From positions 29,636,001-29,700,000 of the forward strand of contig CM126234.1 in NCBI GenBank assembly GCA_052327205.1: a stretch of DNA of 64,000 nucleotides. Reading direction: 5' to 3'. The translations under genes were made by a program, and so were the position numbers. This document shows positions 62,301 through 64,000 of the stretch, piece by piece. The notes under the pieces are model-generated. The model did not search any database. It was not told where the DNA came from and saw only the letters and a program-made list of their open reading frames with translations. This DNA comes from Somniosus microcephalus. Taxonomy: Eukaryota. Position 1 is the stretch's first letter. The number at the start of each line of letters is the position of its first letter.

Positions 62301-64000
62301 AATGCCTCTGCCAAGCACAGCGGCCTGGGCGAGTGGCTCCAGCTCTTATCCTCACCGTGTAATTGCTCTTGCTCGGCAATTTGTGCGTTCGCCCAACCGG
62401 GAACTGCTGCCCTGTTTCGGATGACGGAGATTTTAATCGATGTGGCTTTCACAATGCTGCCACGGCCAGTCTTCAAAAGTCCTTCTCAAAATTAGTAACT
62501 GAATATAGTAGAGTATTTCAATAGGTCTGCCCAGTGACCAGCACGTTTTATTGGGAAAGCAATCTTATTCATAAACAAATTGACCAGCAAGTGATGCGGA
62601 CCCCTGAGTGAATAAATGTTCTACATGCTATAGATCGATTAATAACAAAATTCTGAAATCTATAATCCAAACTTTTAGATTAATGTATGAATCGAACAGT
62701 TCAGTTATAATCTGATTTAACAATGAGCGCATCTGACGCCAAATCAAAGGTGCTAATTCACAATGCAGAGATGAATAGGTTGTTGCAGATTAGCTAATTT
62801 GAAAGCTACTGTATATTTTTATAACGTTACAATTTCCTGTTGAAATTTATTGGAAATCTAGTTTTGTAACCAGTTAGCAGATGGGATTCTATAGAGCACA
62901 AATGTATTAAAATCTCAATAATTTATGTATTTAAAAATGTTACTTAATGCCAGAACATTGACCATGTTGCCAGCAGTATTGAAGTGTGTTCTGGTGCATG
63001 CTGAGAGTTAAGATTACTCTGATCTGTTAATGCAGATAAAGCGAAAAAAGAGTAAAATTGGTGAATTGAGTCCTACAGACGAGAAGGTCCCGGTCCTGAT
63101 TACTGAACTGAATGAGCTGATCTCAGTTGGGGGTCACACATTAAGGGCGTTTAGCACCCCATGGCTACGTAGGAGGAAAAGCAGACAGGGCCCCCAGTAC
63201 TGATTGTTATCCAGTGACCCCTTTCAGAAGGTGGATGTACATCTGGTGAGAGGAATGGACTCGGCTGCGGTCTGGTCCTGATGGTATCCTACCCATCATT
63301 CTTAAGATATATGCCACTAAATTTGCCTGTGTTGTGCTCACTCTTCCATCTTGCTCCCAGTCTGCCTTAGTTTCTCCTTGGAAATTTGCTGTGTTCACCC
63401 TACCTTAAATGTGAACCCTCTTGCATAAATTGCCATTTGTTGCCTGTACATTGGTATTTTATAAAGTTATGGAAGCTAATATTAACTCTGAAATGACCTG
63501 TTGACTTGAAAGTTTTGGCCTGATTGTTTTCCTTGCATTCACTCTACAAAAATTTAGTGTTAAGAATTTGAGCATAGTTGTGACATGTGATTTTTGCACT
63601 GTCCATTTGGTACTTGGAGAAAGATAGGGAAGTAATTATCGATATTTTCCTTCCAAACTTTGTGTGTACAGAGAGCATTTTGAGCTTTATAACGTAGGGT
63701 AACAGTGTTTGGACCACTTTGTGGTGATGAATTAAGAGAAGTACACAAGAAGCATATTGGCTTCTATTTTATTTTTTCCTTGGCCCATGTACTTTTCCAA
63801 ATGTATAAATTGGTAGCATTCCATTTAATAGAACGGACAGGGGCAATTTTCAATCTCTTGGATTTTCTGATCTCGTGCTAGGGTAAACCGAGCTTGTCCC
63901 TGCCAAACCTAATGCTGGCTTTTTTCTCCTCCTCATGGCTCTGCTGCCGTCCAGACCTCTACACTGCCTTTGTGCTATCCTGTTCACACTGATAATTTCT

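Overview
Vertebrate genomic DNA, almost certainly from a cartilaginous fish (shark or ray): it carries Deu-domain (SacSINE1-like) SINEs, HE1-like V-SINEs and CR1/HER1-like and L2 LINEs. The main content is a three-member ZC3H10 cluster. (1) A canonical ZC3H10 lies on the minus strand (1586-2788; three CCCH fingers plus a coiled coil). (2) An intact, divergent plus-strand paralog (14827-16473) has its finger-1 module expanded into four 159-bp/53-aa tandem units, giving six CCCH fingers. It sits head-to-head with the canonical gene, and their homologous non-coding first exons are only about 215 bp apart (9847-9913 and about 10098-10214). (3) A decayed third copy has a first exon at about 41338-41473 and a pseudogenised coding exon at 51204-51840. 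All three keep a homologous first exon with a GGAGGACCTG motif and a splice acceptor, so they are DNA-level duplicates, not retrocopies. The rest is mostly transposon debris (CR1 with a 903-aa ORF, L2, Gypsy gag/protease remnants, a hAT transposase relic, Harbinger-type MITEs), a CpG-rich 59/42-bp minisatellite, an unexplained repeat-free block with exon-like signals (about 17.4-21.4 kb), and a YY1-rich CpG-island promoter at about 62 kb. All family assignments are from recognised motifs, not database searches, and repeat boundaries are approximate.
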